Shown: one piece after another, positions 49,291-62,288 of the stretch
How positions within the stretch are numbered: the first letter of the stretch is position 1
Layout of the letters: every line of letters begins with the position of its first letter
Origin: Octopus vulgaris
Lineage: Eukaryota
Direction: 5' to 3'
Assembly (NCBI GenBank): GCA_951406725.2
Contig: OX597842.1
Span: 4,836,001-4,900,000, forward strand
Length of the DNA stretch: 64,000 nucleotides
Translations under genes and position numbers: made by a program
The notes under the pieces: generated by a model
The model's input: the letters and a program-made list of their open reading frames with translations, nothing else
Database searches by the model: none
What the model was told of the DNA's origin: nothing

Positions 49291-51507
49291 ATATGCTGTG
49301 GAGCCATACACTCCCCCCTCCGAAGTTTTTTTTTTTTATATTTTGTTTTGCGTGCTGCTCTTAGAAACCAACCCATCCCCCCAAAAGAAAGAAGTACCAC
49401 TACCACCAACCTGTGGTAGATGTTGATAATTGAAACCTGGGGAGTTGCAGCAGTCAAAATGCCCCCTCTCTTCCCCCCACACAGCAGCCCAGACCATCCA
49501 TGTGTTAGAAGGAAGTGGGTGGCCTTTTTTTTATGGTGGGGGGGTCTAGGTGTTTTTTTTTTTAATCCCCCCTCCCTCAAAACAAATTATTCCTACTAAA
49601 AAGCCAGCAATTCTTTTTCTTTTGTAGATTTCGAGCTTTTATCTTTTTTATTATAAATTTCTTTGATAGACTAAATAACTTCACCACTGCTCTCATCCCT
49701 ATTTCTTTGGGGCTTACTACTTACACTATAAATTAATTGCAGAAACACCCTTTGTTCCTTGAAAGTTGTGGGGTAAATTAAAACACTCCTCTAGCCCGTC
49801 CTTGAAAGATTTTTTTCACTAAAAACCATGAATTTAGTAGTATTTCTGCTGCCACATCCTTCATACCTCTGCCCTCTGTAGAAAAGGTTTTTGTGGTAGA
49901 TGACAGCCTGGTCTGTGGCAGTCTTCCAACAAATGAAAACTTCTTAAACATGCAGAGAGGACTGGACCCCTTTTTAATCTTATTCTCGTCTGTCTTAAAC
50001 ATTTAAACTATTAATAGCATCAACACAGTGTAGGAGAGATGTTGGATTGTCAGATAAATTTGTTCATTTTAATTCCAACTGTTGTACTAATTCCCTAGTG
50101 GATCCTTGTGAATGAATCATTCAATTGATCTTCACTGAATTGAACAGGCTGGCTGAAATGTAAGGGTATCAGAAAGATCACACCTCTGTACACAGCACAA
50201 ATACCTTGGGTGGTTTTGCAACCTTGATTGAAAGTGAAAATTTATTTAAATTTCAAAATTGATAAACAAAAGATGTAGAGGAAGAACAGAGCTACATAAA
50301 ACACAAGAAATATTTTTTGTGTTTTTCAAATAACTTTGGAAAGAAATGAACAAATTTATCTGACAATTAACTGTATATATGGAGTTTGCATTTGCTTGAG
50401 ACTGATTCCTTTTGATGCTAGCCAATTTCATTCCCTACGAAAAGTAGAACTGTGGAAACTGAGTAGCACCAGAGTGGATCTTGTCTTTAGTTTGTGTCAA
50501 TTGCCTTGTGTAAATTATTTAAAAAAAAAAAAATCGTTCTCTGTAAAAGGGGAGGCAATTGAATGCGCCTGCAGGTGTGTACATATATACATACATATAC
50601 ATATATATATTCTAAATCTGTGGGACCACTGTGGTGTATTAGAATTCTTAATGGCTTTAGTAGAAATAATGATGGGTAAAAATTAGTTTCAGGCATACTT
50701 AGTTCATCTTGTCCATCAATTTGAACTTTTAGGGTTTTGCTGGGGTGGGTAGGGCTTCATTTGAACCTATTCACCCCTACATGCATGCACACATATACAG
50801 GCAAGCATAGATCTGCAGGATTTGCTCTTTAATATTTCAAAAGCCAGTTAAGTTAGCTTTAGGAGATTATTAGGATAGATGTCTGTAGATTGATATACTG
50901 AATGCATGTGCAATGACCTTGACTGCTAACACTGAAGGTCATAAAGAGGCTGTCTGAAATTGTGGGCCTCAGAGCTTACTCTGAAGCCTACATTCATGTC
51001 GATGTTCTCCAAAATAATTATAGGCAAACACTATAGATATATTAGGTAAATATATATGTGCACACATACTACTTAAATGTTTGTGTGGTGACTGTAAAGA
51101 GTGGGTATTGATTTTATCTTATTTTCCACTTAACCATCCAATAAACGTCAATACTAACATGTGAAAGACTTAGTGACTCAAGATGCAAATAATTTCAAAG
51201 AAGGTCCTGCTTTGTGTAAGTTTCTTACTTAACCAGAGTTTTCTGCAGGGGGTGGGTAGCAGTACTACCACAGTGCATATTTCCCAAGCACACTTTGTTT
51301 TATTAACCCCCTAAAGTCTAGTCTTTTAATCTTAACTGATGTACACCCCTTGTGAGACACTTGGTGTGGTAGCTTAATTGTAATGGCTGTGGTTAGCAGG
51401 ATCACTAGAGTTGTGGTTTCAGTGAGGCCTCTTCACATTTTGATTTCATACCACATCAGGGTCAAATTTGCCTTTTGTCTTTCTGAGGGGCGGTAAAATA
51501 GGTACCG

Positions 51508-51591
<84 letters not shown>

Positions 51592-54500
51592 TTTTATTCC
51601 CTCTTTCAATTTAAGGCTTTGTGTGATCTGTCTTGGAAATAATAATAAAGCTGACAGTAGATATAGATATGTTGACCCAGTGTCACTTGGCATTATTCCT
51701 TTCACTTTTCCCCCTCCCCTGCTTCATATACAATCCCCACCCCCCTTGAGAAATCATTTAAACCCATTCCCTCCCACACCAGACTTGCCCCCCTGACCCC
51801 ACTGTGTGGCGGCTGAGCAGTTGTAGTTTTCTACATCCTGGATGTGCTTTTTAAAATTTTTTTTTATAGCTTTTAAAGATTTTAATCTGGAGTGTGAGCA
51901 TGAACAAGACACTCCACTCACTAAAGTGTGAGGTGAGATGGTTTTTTTTTCTTTTTTTTTATGAATTTTAAAAATGGCCCTGAAATTTTGTCTGTTGCAT
52001 TTTTCCAGAAAAGGGGTCGCCAGAGGAAGAAGCTGGATTGTGTTTAGATGAAGCTTTTCAATCTTAACTGTTGATGTTCCTGGAGGGGGGCCCTTCCCGG
52101 GCTGCTCCTGGTTGTTTTTAAGTTTTTCATGCATGCATGTATATTGAATTATATGCATGTGTTGCATATTTTTTCTTTTCTTTTCTTTTTAAATGTGTTT
52201 AACGGTGGAGAGAGAGAGAGAGAGAGAGAGAAAGAGATGGGAGAGAGATAGAGGCGGAGGTGTAGGGGTCGTGATAGGTGGGGTGGAAGAGATAAAGATG
52301 GGGGCATAGGGAGTAGTCGGGGAGTAAGAGGTAGAGGGGAGATAAGGAAATTTTAGTTGACAAATTAAAATTTTTTTTTTTTGAGGTGAACAACGTCGTT
52401 AAAAATCCTCTCCCTCAGTACTTGAGGGGGTGGGTGAGGATTTTGGTGGAGGCCCTGGTGCATGAATGTGGCACCATGTGGGTGAATGAGTTTTTTGGTA
52501 GAGAGGCCCAGGTGCACTGATGTGGCATCTTGGGGTGGGGGAGATTGTATCCGTGTCGCAGCTAACAGTATGGTGGAGTAGGGAGTTGTAGATACAGTGG
52601 GGACTGTCGTGTGCTGTTCCTCGACGACAGCAGCACCAAAGACGATGAAGAGGAAGGAAGAGGTTAATGAGAGGGAGGGGAGAAAACTAGAAGGGAGTAA
52701 GTTTTGAAATGAAGATGAGTTGAGATAAGATGAAGAATTTAAATCACTGAATAACGAAGAAATGGAGGTAATGAGACAGAGGGGAGAAAACTAGCAAGAG
52801 GGAATAGTTTGAGATGAAGATGAAGACAACATACCATACAAAGAGGATTTTTAAAAAAAATAACTAAACCAAAGGAATATATATGATATTTTCCACCACA
52901 GTTTTCTAGTGGTGGGATGTATTTTTATAGGCAGCAAAGAAGGAAGATGAGAGAGAGAGAGAGAGATGGAGAAGAGAGGAGATTTGTATATAAATCAGCT
53001 TTAAGTATCGTCGCTCTCGTTGATCAAATTTATCTGACAATTCATCAGACTAGTGCCTTGTGCAGTTTTTCAAGAGTTCCTAAATTCGGTTTGAGAAGCG
53101 TCTCGGTATTGCCATCATAGCAGCACCACCACCACTACCCCCAGTCCATTTTGTGAGTCTTATTGATAAGTCTTTTGAACAAGTTTTTTTTTTCTATATC
53201 TCCCTTTTTATACATATCTGTTTAGATGTCTACAGATAAATGTATAATTGTATATAGCCTTTCTTAGCAGTGAAGGGTGTCATTAGGTAGGGGTGTACCG
53301 GGCAGTGAGCTAGGCTGTCTTTGTATCCACAGTAACATAAAGATGAGGTTTGCTGTCACCATGCTAGATTTTTGTGTAGGGTAGCTCTAGTGAGTTGAGG
53401 AGTACTTTGGTCTCATAGAAATGATGTTCTAGCTGTGTTCTACATGATTTTTCCATAAACAGGTGGCAGTTTAGTTGAATAGAATGGGGTATCTGTTATT
53501 ATGCTGGGGTGGCTCTCTAGCCTGTTGTATGAATGTAGAGCATATAAGGTTTCTTGCACCAAAACCGTTAATATTGTCAACTGTACTGACACTAATATCT
53601 CGAGCCACTTTTCAAATAGTAATCTGGCACCAAATTTGTAGCAATTTTGCAGTTTTTACTTAAGAATCTTCATCAGTTACACACTTTCTTAAACCTTCAG
53701 TCATACAATGGAGGTGGTGGGAGGGTCATCTCTGTTAAAGTTCTAAGAATTCGTTTGTTTTTATTTTGGATGTCTTAACAGCTTCCATTTAAATCTAGCT
53801 TTAAAAACTAACATCAATGTTGCATATATTGATCTGACCACATGTATGTACATGTGTACGCCCCTAAGAGTTACGAGTGCTTTAGGTGCAATGAAGTATT
53901 TGCCATCTTATGATGGTGGCATCAGGTAGGTTTTATGAAACAGGGATGATAATTTGGGGCCCCAGGTAAATGTATGTGGTGAGACACACCCTTGCTGTGC
54001 TGTGCCGGTTGTTTGGCTTTAGGGTTCTTAATTTTTTTTATCTGTTTTCTGTCCTGTAAGTTGTTAGGAAGACGAAGGAGACATGGATTTTTTTCTTTCT
54101 TTTTTTCCCCTTTTTAGCTTAGCTGTTTTCTGTTTTGTGTTGACTCTATACCTACCTACACATAATCTCCATAAATATCTTCATTGATTTCCCCATAGAA
54201 AAAGGGTCGGTTTAGGATTTCATAACTCCCACAATATCTCGATCCTGTGTGTGAGGATTTTTTTCAAGTTGTATGTTACTGTTTACTTTTCTTTTCTTTT
54301 TTTTTTCTGTTCATTTGTCTTGTTGAAAATTTTTTCTTAAATTAAAAAAAAGGGTGCAGGATTTGTACCTAAATAGAATATTAGGGTTTTTTTTCCAAGC
54401 AAGCTATAAGCACATGTAGTTTTTGATTTTTATTATTTTCCTTCTTCCAATATCCACCATCTGTCTATTCCAAAAAAAGAAAAAAAGCAAAAAGCTCTTT

Positions 54501-55100
54501 TATTGCTTTAAGGGCGGTAGATTGCCAGAATCGATAGAGCATCAAACGAAGTGCCTTGTGGTATTTGGTTACATCCCTTTACGTTCTGAGTTTGAAAATC
54601 CCGCCAGGGTTGACTTTGCCTTTCATCCTTTCCAGGGAGGGGTCGATAAAATAAAGTACCAGACAGTACTGGGGTCGATGAGTCATCGGCTATTCCATCC
54701 GCCCCATCCCATGTTTTAATTTTGTCCTGTTCCCCCTACTTCCCCATCAAGTGTTGATATTAGAGCACACCCTTATATTCTCCCCCCCCTCCTTTTATTA
54801 GCCTTAAACAACAATGTTGCATGGATCACTAATAAAATATCATTATTGTTCCCCTTTATCCAAATCCCCATCCCACTTTTTTTAAACTCACATTTTAGCT
54901 ATTTCTCTTGTATTTTTTGTCTCCTGAATGTTGCAGAGGGCACTGGCGAATGTTTTTGTAATAAATTTGGATTCCCTAATTTCATTTTGATTCATATTGT
55001 GTTTTTTTCTTTTTTTTTTCCTCTTTATTGCTGTCAATGAGTCTGTGAGGATTTGCATAACTATGTCATGCCTGTTAGAAATAAATGTGTGTGTGTATAT
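49291..55100 (+). other. CNBP: Probable long 3' UTR with alternative poly(A) signals
   Basis: Largely transposon-poor unique sequence after the stop. AATAAA at 51140, 51643, 54831, 54960 and 55080; SINE density resumes after ~55160. Confidence 0.5.
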
Positions 55101-55835
55101 AATATATATATGTATATATAAGAGAAAGCCTACTCTCTGTATATGAAGAGTAAAGACCCCCTTCAAGTGATTAATGACCATGTGATTGCATCTAGAAGGT
55201 TCTGCTCTGAGGCACATGTCCAGGCAAGGTCGTTTATGCAAGACCAGCCTCTCCTCTCCATGCCACTTTCCAAGGGAAGGGGCAAAGGCTGATACAGCTT
55301 GGCACCACTCAAATTGCAGTTCATTTTTACAGCTGAGTGAACTGGAGCAATGTGAAGTAAAGGATCTTGCTCAAGACCATAACACATAGCCTGGTCCAGG
55401 TATTGAGCAACAACTTCATGATTGTGAGCCTGACATTCTAACCACTGAGCCATGCAACTCCACTACACCGTGTGAGTATGGTCGTGTGATACTTTGTGAA
55501 CGAGGCCAGCTGTGTAATAAAGCGCCAATTTCTAACTGGAGGGAACCTGTGGTAGAAATAGACCAAGGAAGACATGTGGCAAGGCATGACATTTGAATGT
55601 TGGGCTTCATGGAGGCGATGACTGGGGGACTGATAACTTTGGTGATATGCCAAGCAGTGTCATACAACTGGCATGTAAAAAGTACCCATTACACTCTGGG
55701 TGTTAGGAAGGGTATCCAGCTGTAGAAACCATGCTAAATCAGTCTGGTGCAGCCCCTCAGTTTGCCAGCATGGACATTAAATATATGTGTGTGTGTGTGC
55801 ACAAATGTATTATATACATTGTGTACATATTTAGA

Positions 55836-56158
55836 TGCAGGAGTGGCTGTGTGGTAAGTAGCTTGCTTACCAACCACATGGTTCCTGGTTCAGTCTCATT
55901 GTGGCACCTTGGGCATGTGTCCTCTACTATAGCCTCGGGCTGACTAAAGACTTGTGGATTTGGTAGATGAAAACTGAAAGAAGCCTATCGTGTGTATATG
56001 TTCCCCCACACACACTATTGCTTGACTACTAATTTTGGGGTGTTTGTCCCTGTAACTTAGCAGATAGGTAAAAGACACCAATAGAATAAGTGCTGGGGTT
56101 AATTTGTTTAACTAAAGTATATTGCTCCAGCATGGCCATAGTCAAATGACTGAAAAGA
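55836..56158 (+). mobile_element. SINE family A copy
   Basis: GCAGGAGTGGCTGTGTGGTAAGTAGCTTGC...CTCCAGCATGGCCATAGTCAAATGACTGAAA. Confidence 0.85.
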
Positions 56159-58580
56159 ATATAGATATGTATACTGTAGTACACAATTACAAATTCCAAG
56201 ATGAAATGTGTTTGACCTCATCCTGACCTTAGGTTTAAGTTTGAAATGAGAAATGTCATTTTCCTGAACCTTGAACAAGCAACATCACAACACTTGTGTC
56301 TATCAAGTCCACTGTGAAATGGCTGGTTATGGGAAAATCTCTTCCTTGGAAACAGGTGAGGTTGGTGACAAAGAGAATCTGATCTGCCTCTTCAAATTCT
56401 ATTTGACCCAAATGAACGTGGAAAAGTGGGTGTTAAAACAGTGTTGCAAATATTTTCTGTGGCTGTGTGGTAAGAAGTTTAACTTCTCCACTGCCTGGCA
56501 TCTTGGGCAAGTACCTTCTATAACTTTGATAGAGGATTTTGTTGATGGAAACTGGAAAAAAAAAAAAGCCAGTCATGCGATTATATGTTTGTCCACTATG
56601 TGTGTTTACATCCCCTCTAATAGAAGGTTCTGCAAAACATACCAATATAAGTACAACGGTTTAAAGAAAACAGAAGTGTTGTCCATTCTTTCAAGTAAAA
56701 ATTCTTCAAGGGGGTGCCCTAGCATGGCTGGAACAGGTAACTGAAAAGGTAAGTTTTGGGTGTTTTGCTTCCATGGTGAATTGGTTTACAATTAGTGTGT
56801 AAATGGACAGGAGATAACTTGGCTCCTCATCATGAATAAACTGATGGGAATTGGATGGCTTTATGAAAGTTGGCATTGAACATGACACTGGAAGAGAAAC
56901 ATCCACATCTTGTGTTTCTTACTGCTAGTGTCTGTTGTAGATGGCACCAGGTGCACTTCCCATTGCATAGCTCGGCAGGCACCTGTGATGTGGTATGGCT
57001 GGTTTCCTCTCTCAACAGGATACTGGTCTGTTGCATCATCACTCATTTTTGCCAGGGAAGTGGAGGTGTAGTGTTGTGCTCTTGAGCAAAACACATTGCC
57101 CAGTTGAACTGAAATGAATATCTTACAATCCCGAATCCACCACTCTAACTAAGCTGTGCATCTCCACCTGTGACATAAACAAAATTGAGCAAGACTGAAA
57201 CCCACATCAGCTATTTGATACTAGGGTACTAATTGTAATATAACCTAAAACGGGTCAGCAAACTTGGGTATATTACTGAAAGTGGATTAAAAATGAAGTT
57301 CTTGGGGATAATCAGACTCACTAGACAAAAATAAAAGCTTTTATATTGGAGGCAGAAAATGAAAAGCTGCCATTTCAAAGTTAGCATTATTTTTTTGAAA
57401 GCTTTGACATCAAGGATACAGTTATAAGGCATCTTAACTGATTCAAAGAGTGCTTCTCTTCAGATTTTTATTCACATAGGTTGTAGATCCCTTTGTGAAA
57501 TTGTTGATGTTCCAGAAGAGCCTCAAGGGTTGACAAAGAAACTTTTTGAACTTCAATAAGGAAGCTACAATGAATTTGAAGAAAAAAATGTATATCTCAC
57601 ATTTTTGGATGTCAACTGCTGCAAAGGCTTTCAAAATAGCATGAGGTGATCAAAAAGTTGCATTTTGCAACAACCGACATTTGTGAACAAGGATAATAGA
57701 TTTAATAAACCTTTTGAATTCAAAAAGAAATTCCTTTCAGTGTGAAAATATTTTGGGGTAATTGGTTAAAAAAAAAGTTCCCCTGATCTAAAGCTTTTTC
57801 TTATGGACAGGATGGAAAGTGGTCCTGGCTTGCCACAGTTATTTTACTGAATTCGTCATTGTTTTCAAAATAAATTGAAATAAAGGCAGTGTATTTCAGA
57901 GATATGGTAACAAAGTGGTTAGATATGTGAGCTAAATTTAAAAAATTGCATGTAAATTTGTTGCAGACACCAGCTTATAACCACGATTCTATTTTGATAA
58001 ATTCTTCCTTAATTGAAACAAAGCCAGTAGACAGAATTATGGTAAGGAGGATTAAAGTTGCCATCAAAATTTTATCCCAAACACCACTTTGAATAATGAC
58101 AGTTATTTCAATAAATTCATTATTTTCAAATTTAGTTGAAACAAAGACAGTGTATTTCAAAAGAAATATGATAATGGTGGGGTCAATTCTTAGCCTAGAG
58201 TAGTCAGTGTTGGTTCAAGAATCTCCACTTAATGCTGAGATTTTGAAAGTATGTTGGATGTCTCTAAATGAAGACTGGTTCTGTGGTGGAATACCTTCAC
58301 CTTCCATATATGAGTTCCACAGCAGAAACTTTGTGTGTTCTACTGCCAGCCCAGGCAAACTCAAATTTCATCTGCTCTCTGGCATGTTTGTGGTTGAGCC
58401 TGGCAGTGAAGGCCTCTGACATTCTCTGCCGCTCTAGACTACATCCATCCTCACTGGTACGTGGGTGGAGATGGTGAGCCCCACTTGGGAAAAGTGACTG
58501 TTCCAGCACACCTTCCTTGCTATCCTGTTGGGCAATGCCTTTTCCAATTTGTCTGCTGAGAAACTTTTTAGATAGCAATA

Positions 58581-59180
58581 GGTGCATGTGTGGTAAGAAC
58601 TTTGCTTTCCAACCACAGGGTTTTGGGTTCAGTATGTGACACATTGAGCTGATCTTGGGCTGATCAAAGCCTTGTGAGTGGATTTCATAGATGGAAACTC
58701 GAAGAAGGCCATTGTATGTGTATGTCTTTGCCCCTCCCATGACCACCACCACTTGACAACTAGTGTTGATGTGTTTATGTCCCTGTAACTTAATAGTCTA
58801 GCCAAAGAAAAATTGGGGCCAATTCATTTGCTTAATAACTCTTCCAGGAGATGCCCCAGCATGATTGATTCATAATTTTGTTTCAGTCATTTGACTGCAG
58901 CCGTGCTGAGGTACCACTTTGGAAGGTTTTGGTCAAACAAATCGACCCCCAAAACTTATATTTTAAGCGTTGTAATTTTTCTATTGGTCTCTTGCTGAAT
59001 TGCTAAGTTGTGGGAATGTAAACACAGCAACAGCAGTTGTCAAGTGGTGATGGGGGACAAACAGACAGAAAGGCGTATTCACACATGACAAGCTTCTTTC
59101 AGTTTTGGTTGGCCTGAGGGCATAGAAAATACTCAATGTTTCACACAGTGGGGCTGAGCCTGGAAGCAAGCTTCTTACCT
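58581..59180. mobile_element. Two SINE family A copies tail-to-tail (+ 58581-58862, - 58879-59180)
   Basis: A forward copy ending GCCCCAGCATG is followed within ~20 nt by TGTTTCAGTCATTTGACTGCAGCC (inverted tail). Confidence 0.75.
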
Positions 59181-59827
59181 TACGCTACATTTGCACTTAT
59201 ATTCGATCATTTAACCCTACAGCATTCAGATTACTCTGTCAAATGTAATGCTTATTCACATCGCTTTGTAGTTTTGAGATTTTGATGAGCTAACTATTAT
59301 TAGAATGATGTAAGGTTGGTGTGGGAGGCCATGTCTGGCCAGTTTGAGCATAAAACAGGATAATTTGGCTGAAAATAACTGGTTTAAATGCTAAAGAATT
59401 GATACTTCTACTATCTGTGTAGAAAATTATGGATAACATAAACTGTATCCCTCACTTGAGACAGTCGAGCAACCTACAGGGAAAAAAGGTGGGATTAGGG
59501 CTAAAAAGAATAGCTACGAATAAAAAAAATTAGACTGGACCACCTGGTTGGGACGACAAGGGTTCTAGTTGGTCCCATCAACAGAACAGTCTAGTGAAAT
59601 TGGATGAGTACTCCACAGATACATGTAGCCTTAACATAGTTTTCAGGGGAATTAGACGTGACAGTGTTAGTCCTTTGAATTGAAAGTATTACAATGGAAT
59701 AGCAATATATATATTTGTATGTGTAACGTAATAGTTGAGAAAAATCCTTTGGTTTCATATCTCGTGTGAACTAGACATGTTTTGATGTTACGTGATGATG
59801 GAGTGTTCTGGATCCAAAGAGATGAAC

Positions 59828-60765
59828 TCAATAATCTCGTGTGACCACCATTAGCATTGATTACTGCCAGGCTTCTTCTGTACATTAAATGCCCCCAACG
59901 ATTGATGAAGACAGGGGATAGCAGCCCATGCTCTGTTAGAATTTGCAGTGAGTTGTACCACGGATGTCATTTAGCTTTCTTTGGATTGCATCCCACAGGT
60001 GCTCTATGAGGTTCAAGTCTGGACTTAAGGCAGGCCATGACAGTGTCTGGATGTTGTGCTGCTGTTGGTGGAAGTCCACCTGGCAGTATAGGCATGGGGG
60101 TCATGTTGGAGCTTGTGATTCTGATGATGAGCAAAGTATGACACAATGCGAGGCCTCAACACTTGGTTGATGTAGCAAGCAGCAGTTAGCCCATTGTCCT
60201 GGCTTTGGCTGATATTTTGGAAGGTCAATGGTTCAAGTTTCTGGCTGAGTGTAATCCCACTTCATATCATGATGCTCTGTCCTCCCTATGAGTTCCTCTC
60301 CACCACACAGCCCTCAGCATGATACCCCTTTCCAGACCCTAGCTCTGCCATCTGGAACAGAAATGCAATATTGACTTTTGTCAGAGAAGACTACAGTCCT
60401 CCACTGCTGATATCGCCAGTTTTTAAGTTTTTGAGCCTGCTGCAGATGTCCCAGTTGATGAGGATCTGGGAGGATGAAGGTCCCTAACTGGACATCAACA
60501 AGACGGATTGAAAGATCTCTGCCACTGGTGAACTGTCTCTACACAGAATTGGTGCTGTCAGTGCAAGTGGGGATCTTGATGTGTTGTAACCCTTGGTCAG
60601 CCACTGCATGGACAATCATCCGTGCTGTTTGGCATTGTATTGTTCCCTCAGCTGCACAATTGTCCGAATACTACAGTTCAAGTTATTAGCAATGGCCCTT
60701 GGACGTTCACCAGCATAGAAATGTCTGATGGCTTCCTCCCTCTGATTTCATGTTAGTCTTGGCAT
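59828..60765 (-). pseudogene. Tc1-family DDE transposase pseudogene
   Basis: ATG 60765 MPRLT*NQREEAIRHFYAGERPRAIANNLNCSIRTI (HTH), WRTVVFSDKS, QHDPHAYTAR, WPALSPDLNLIEHLWDAI, AVINANGGHTR. Contains stops and frameshifts; TATAAAAG upstream at ~60820. Confidence 0.9.
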
Positions 60766-61702
60766 GCTTGTGTTATCCGGGAGACGAATGACAGGCTGGT
60801 CAATTTGGGTGCCTTTTATACCCAATGATTCATCGTTTTGCATGTGCATCATGCTTTTCATTAAGATGTGTTCGTGAGCATTACCATGTTCATGAAAAGT
60901 GGGCTAGTTTGAACCCTACATGCCATCCTTGTGTTTTCAAAAGAGAGTGTTGTGGGTTAGTGACATCTTCCCAATGTCAAATTACCTAAAACTGTTTCTT
61001 TTGTAGTTCATTATGTATATATATATATATATACATCCAACTGTAGAAATCGTGTCAAAGCTGACATAGAATTTTGTGCTCTGGGTTGTCTTCTTGTCAA
61101 ACCACCCAACCAGGCTGACATGGGGAAAAAAAAATGTTAAATGATGATGAATTATATGAGGTATGGTTGAAAAGTTTGTAGACTGACCAACGTGCTCTCT
61201 TGGAATGTGACCAAATGAGGTTCATTTTTCAACATAGTCATCCTTACGGTCCCTTTTTTTTTTCTATTTGTGTCCTAGTGCTTGGAGCTTGGATTCGATC
61301 GGTGAAGCATCTTTCATCCCATTTGTCAAAAAAGCCATCAATAGCAGATATGTCATCATCACTGCAATACTGGCCGTGTGATAAGACATCACATCTGCCA
61401 ACTCTGAGACAGTACACAGTTCTGTGTCCAAACCTTACTATCAGGCTTGAACATCCCCCAGAGGGTTATAGAGAAAAAGCAGTATCAGATTGATTTGTTT
61501 GATGAAAACACTGACCTGCAAATTCCAGCCAGTTTTGTTTAAGGGTTTAGTTGATGGGTTGTCAAGATCCATATTGTGACTTTGATCTATGGCAGGCATG
61601 AAACATGTTAAAGGCCTTGTGCAGAAATCAAGTATATGTGTTGTCTAGTGATTGCTGTTGGGCTAGTGTAGCATGAAACAGGTGTAGTGTTACGTCACAT
61701 GA

Positions 61703-62127
61703 CAGAAACCCACCTTTTTGACTGGAGATTCCAAATCTGCAAAAAAAAATTGGCATTTGAAAATTTTAATCCCCCCACCCTGCAATTTTTCACTTTCTAA
61801 AAAATTTCTTTTGTGAAATAAGTAGAAAAATATGGAGATTATGATTCTGAAAATTTTGAAAATGTGTTTTTGGGGTTTTCAAAATCTTCAATCTGTAAGT
61901 ACATTCTAACCGGAAAGTCCAAAAAGCTAGAAACAACAGCCAAATCAAAGATCCACTTTCTAAATATGAATTACCAAAAAAGAAAAAATTCTTTAAAAAT
62001 GTTATTTTGTTGTCATGTATGTGTGCAAAACTAATTTTTAATTACCTCTCTTAATTCCAAAATTTTCAAATGCCGATTTTTTTTTTTGCAAATTCAGAAT
62101 CTCCACAGTCGAAAAAGTAGGTTTCTG
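61703..62127. mobile_element. Long-TIR MITE (family of 14130-14932)
   Basis: CAGAAACCCACCTTTTTGACTGGAGATTCCAAATCTGC(A)nTTGGCATTTGAAAATTTT is mirrored at 62059-62127. Confidence 0.8.
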
Positions 62128-62288
62128 TAGAAAAAAACCCTGAAAGAAAGTCCATGTCCTTTACCTCTGCTCACACACACACAAATATATGTACATTTAC
62201 ATATATATGCACATATGTACACATAAATATATATAAACATATACAGTACATTCACAAATACACATGTTCATAATTATTCATATACATA

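Noticed and set aside
49281-49666. Possible extra intron CAG|GTGCTC to TTTTGTAG (49627) giving an alternative C-terminus
   Set aside because: The donor is weak, the natural stop follows two codons later, and the alternative tail is low complexity; unsupported without reads.
56271-58752. 157-aa and 151-aa ORFs
   Set aside because: They run through SINE fragments and have no domain or splice support.
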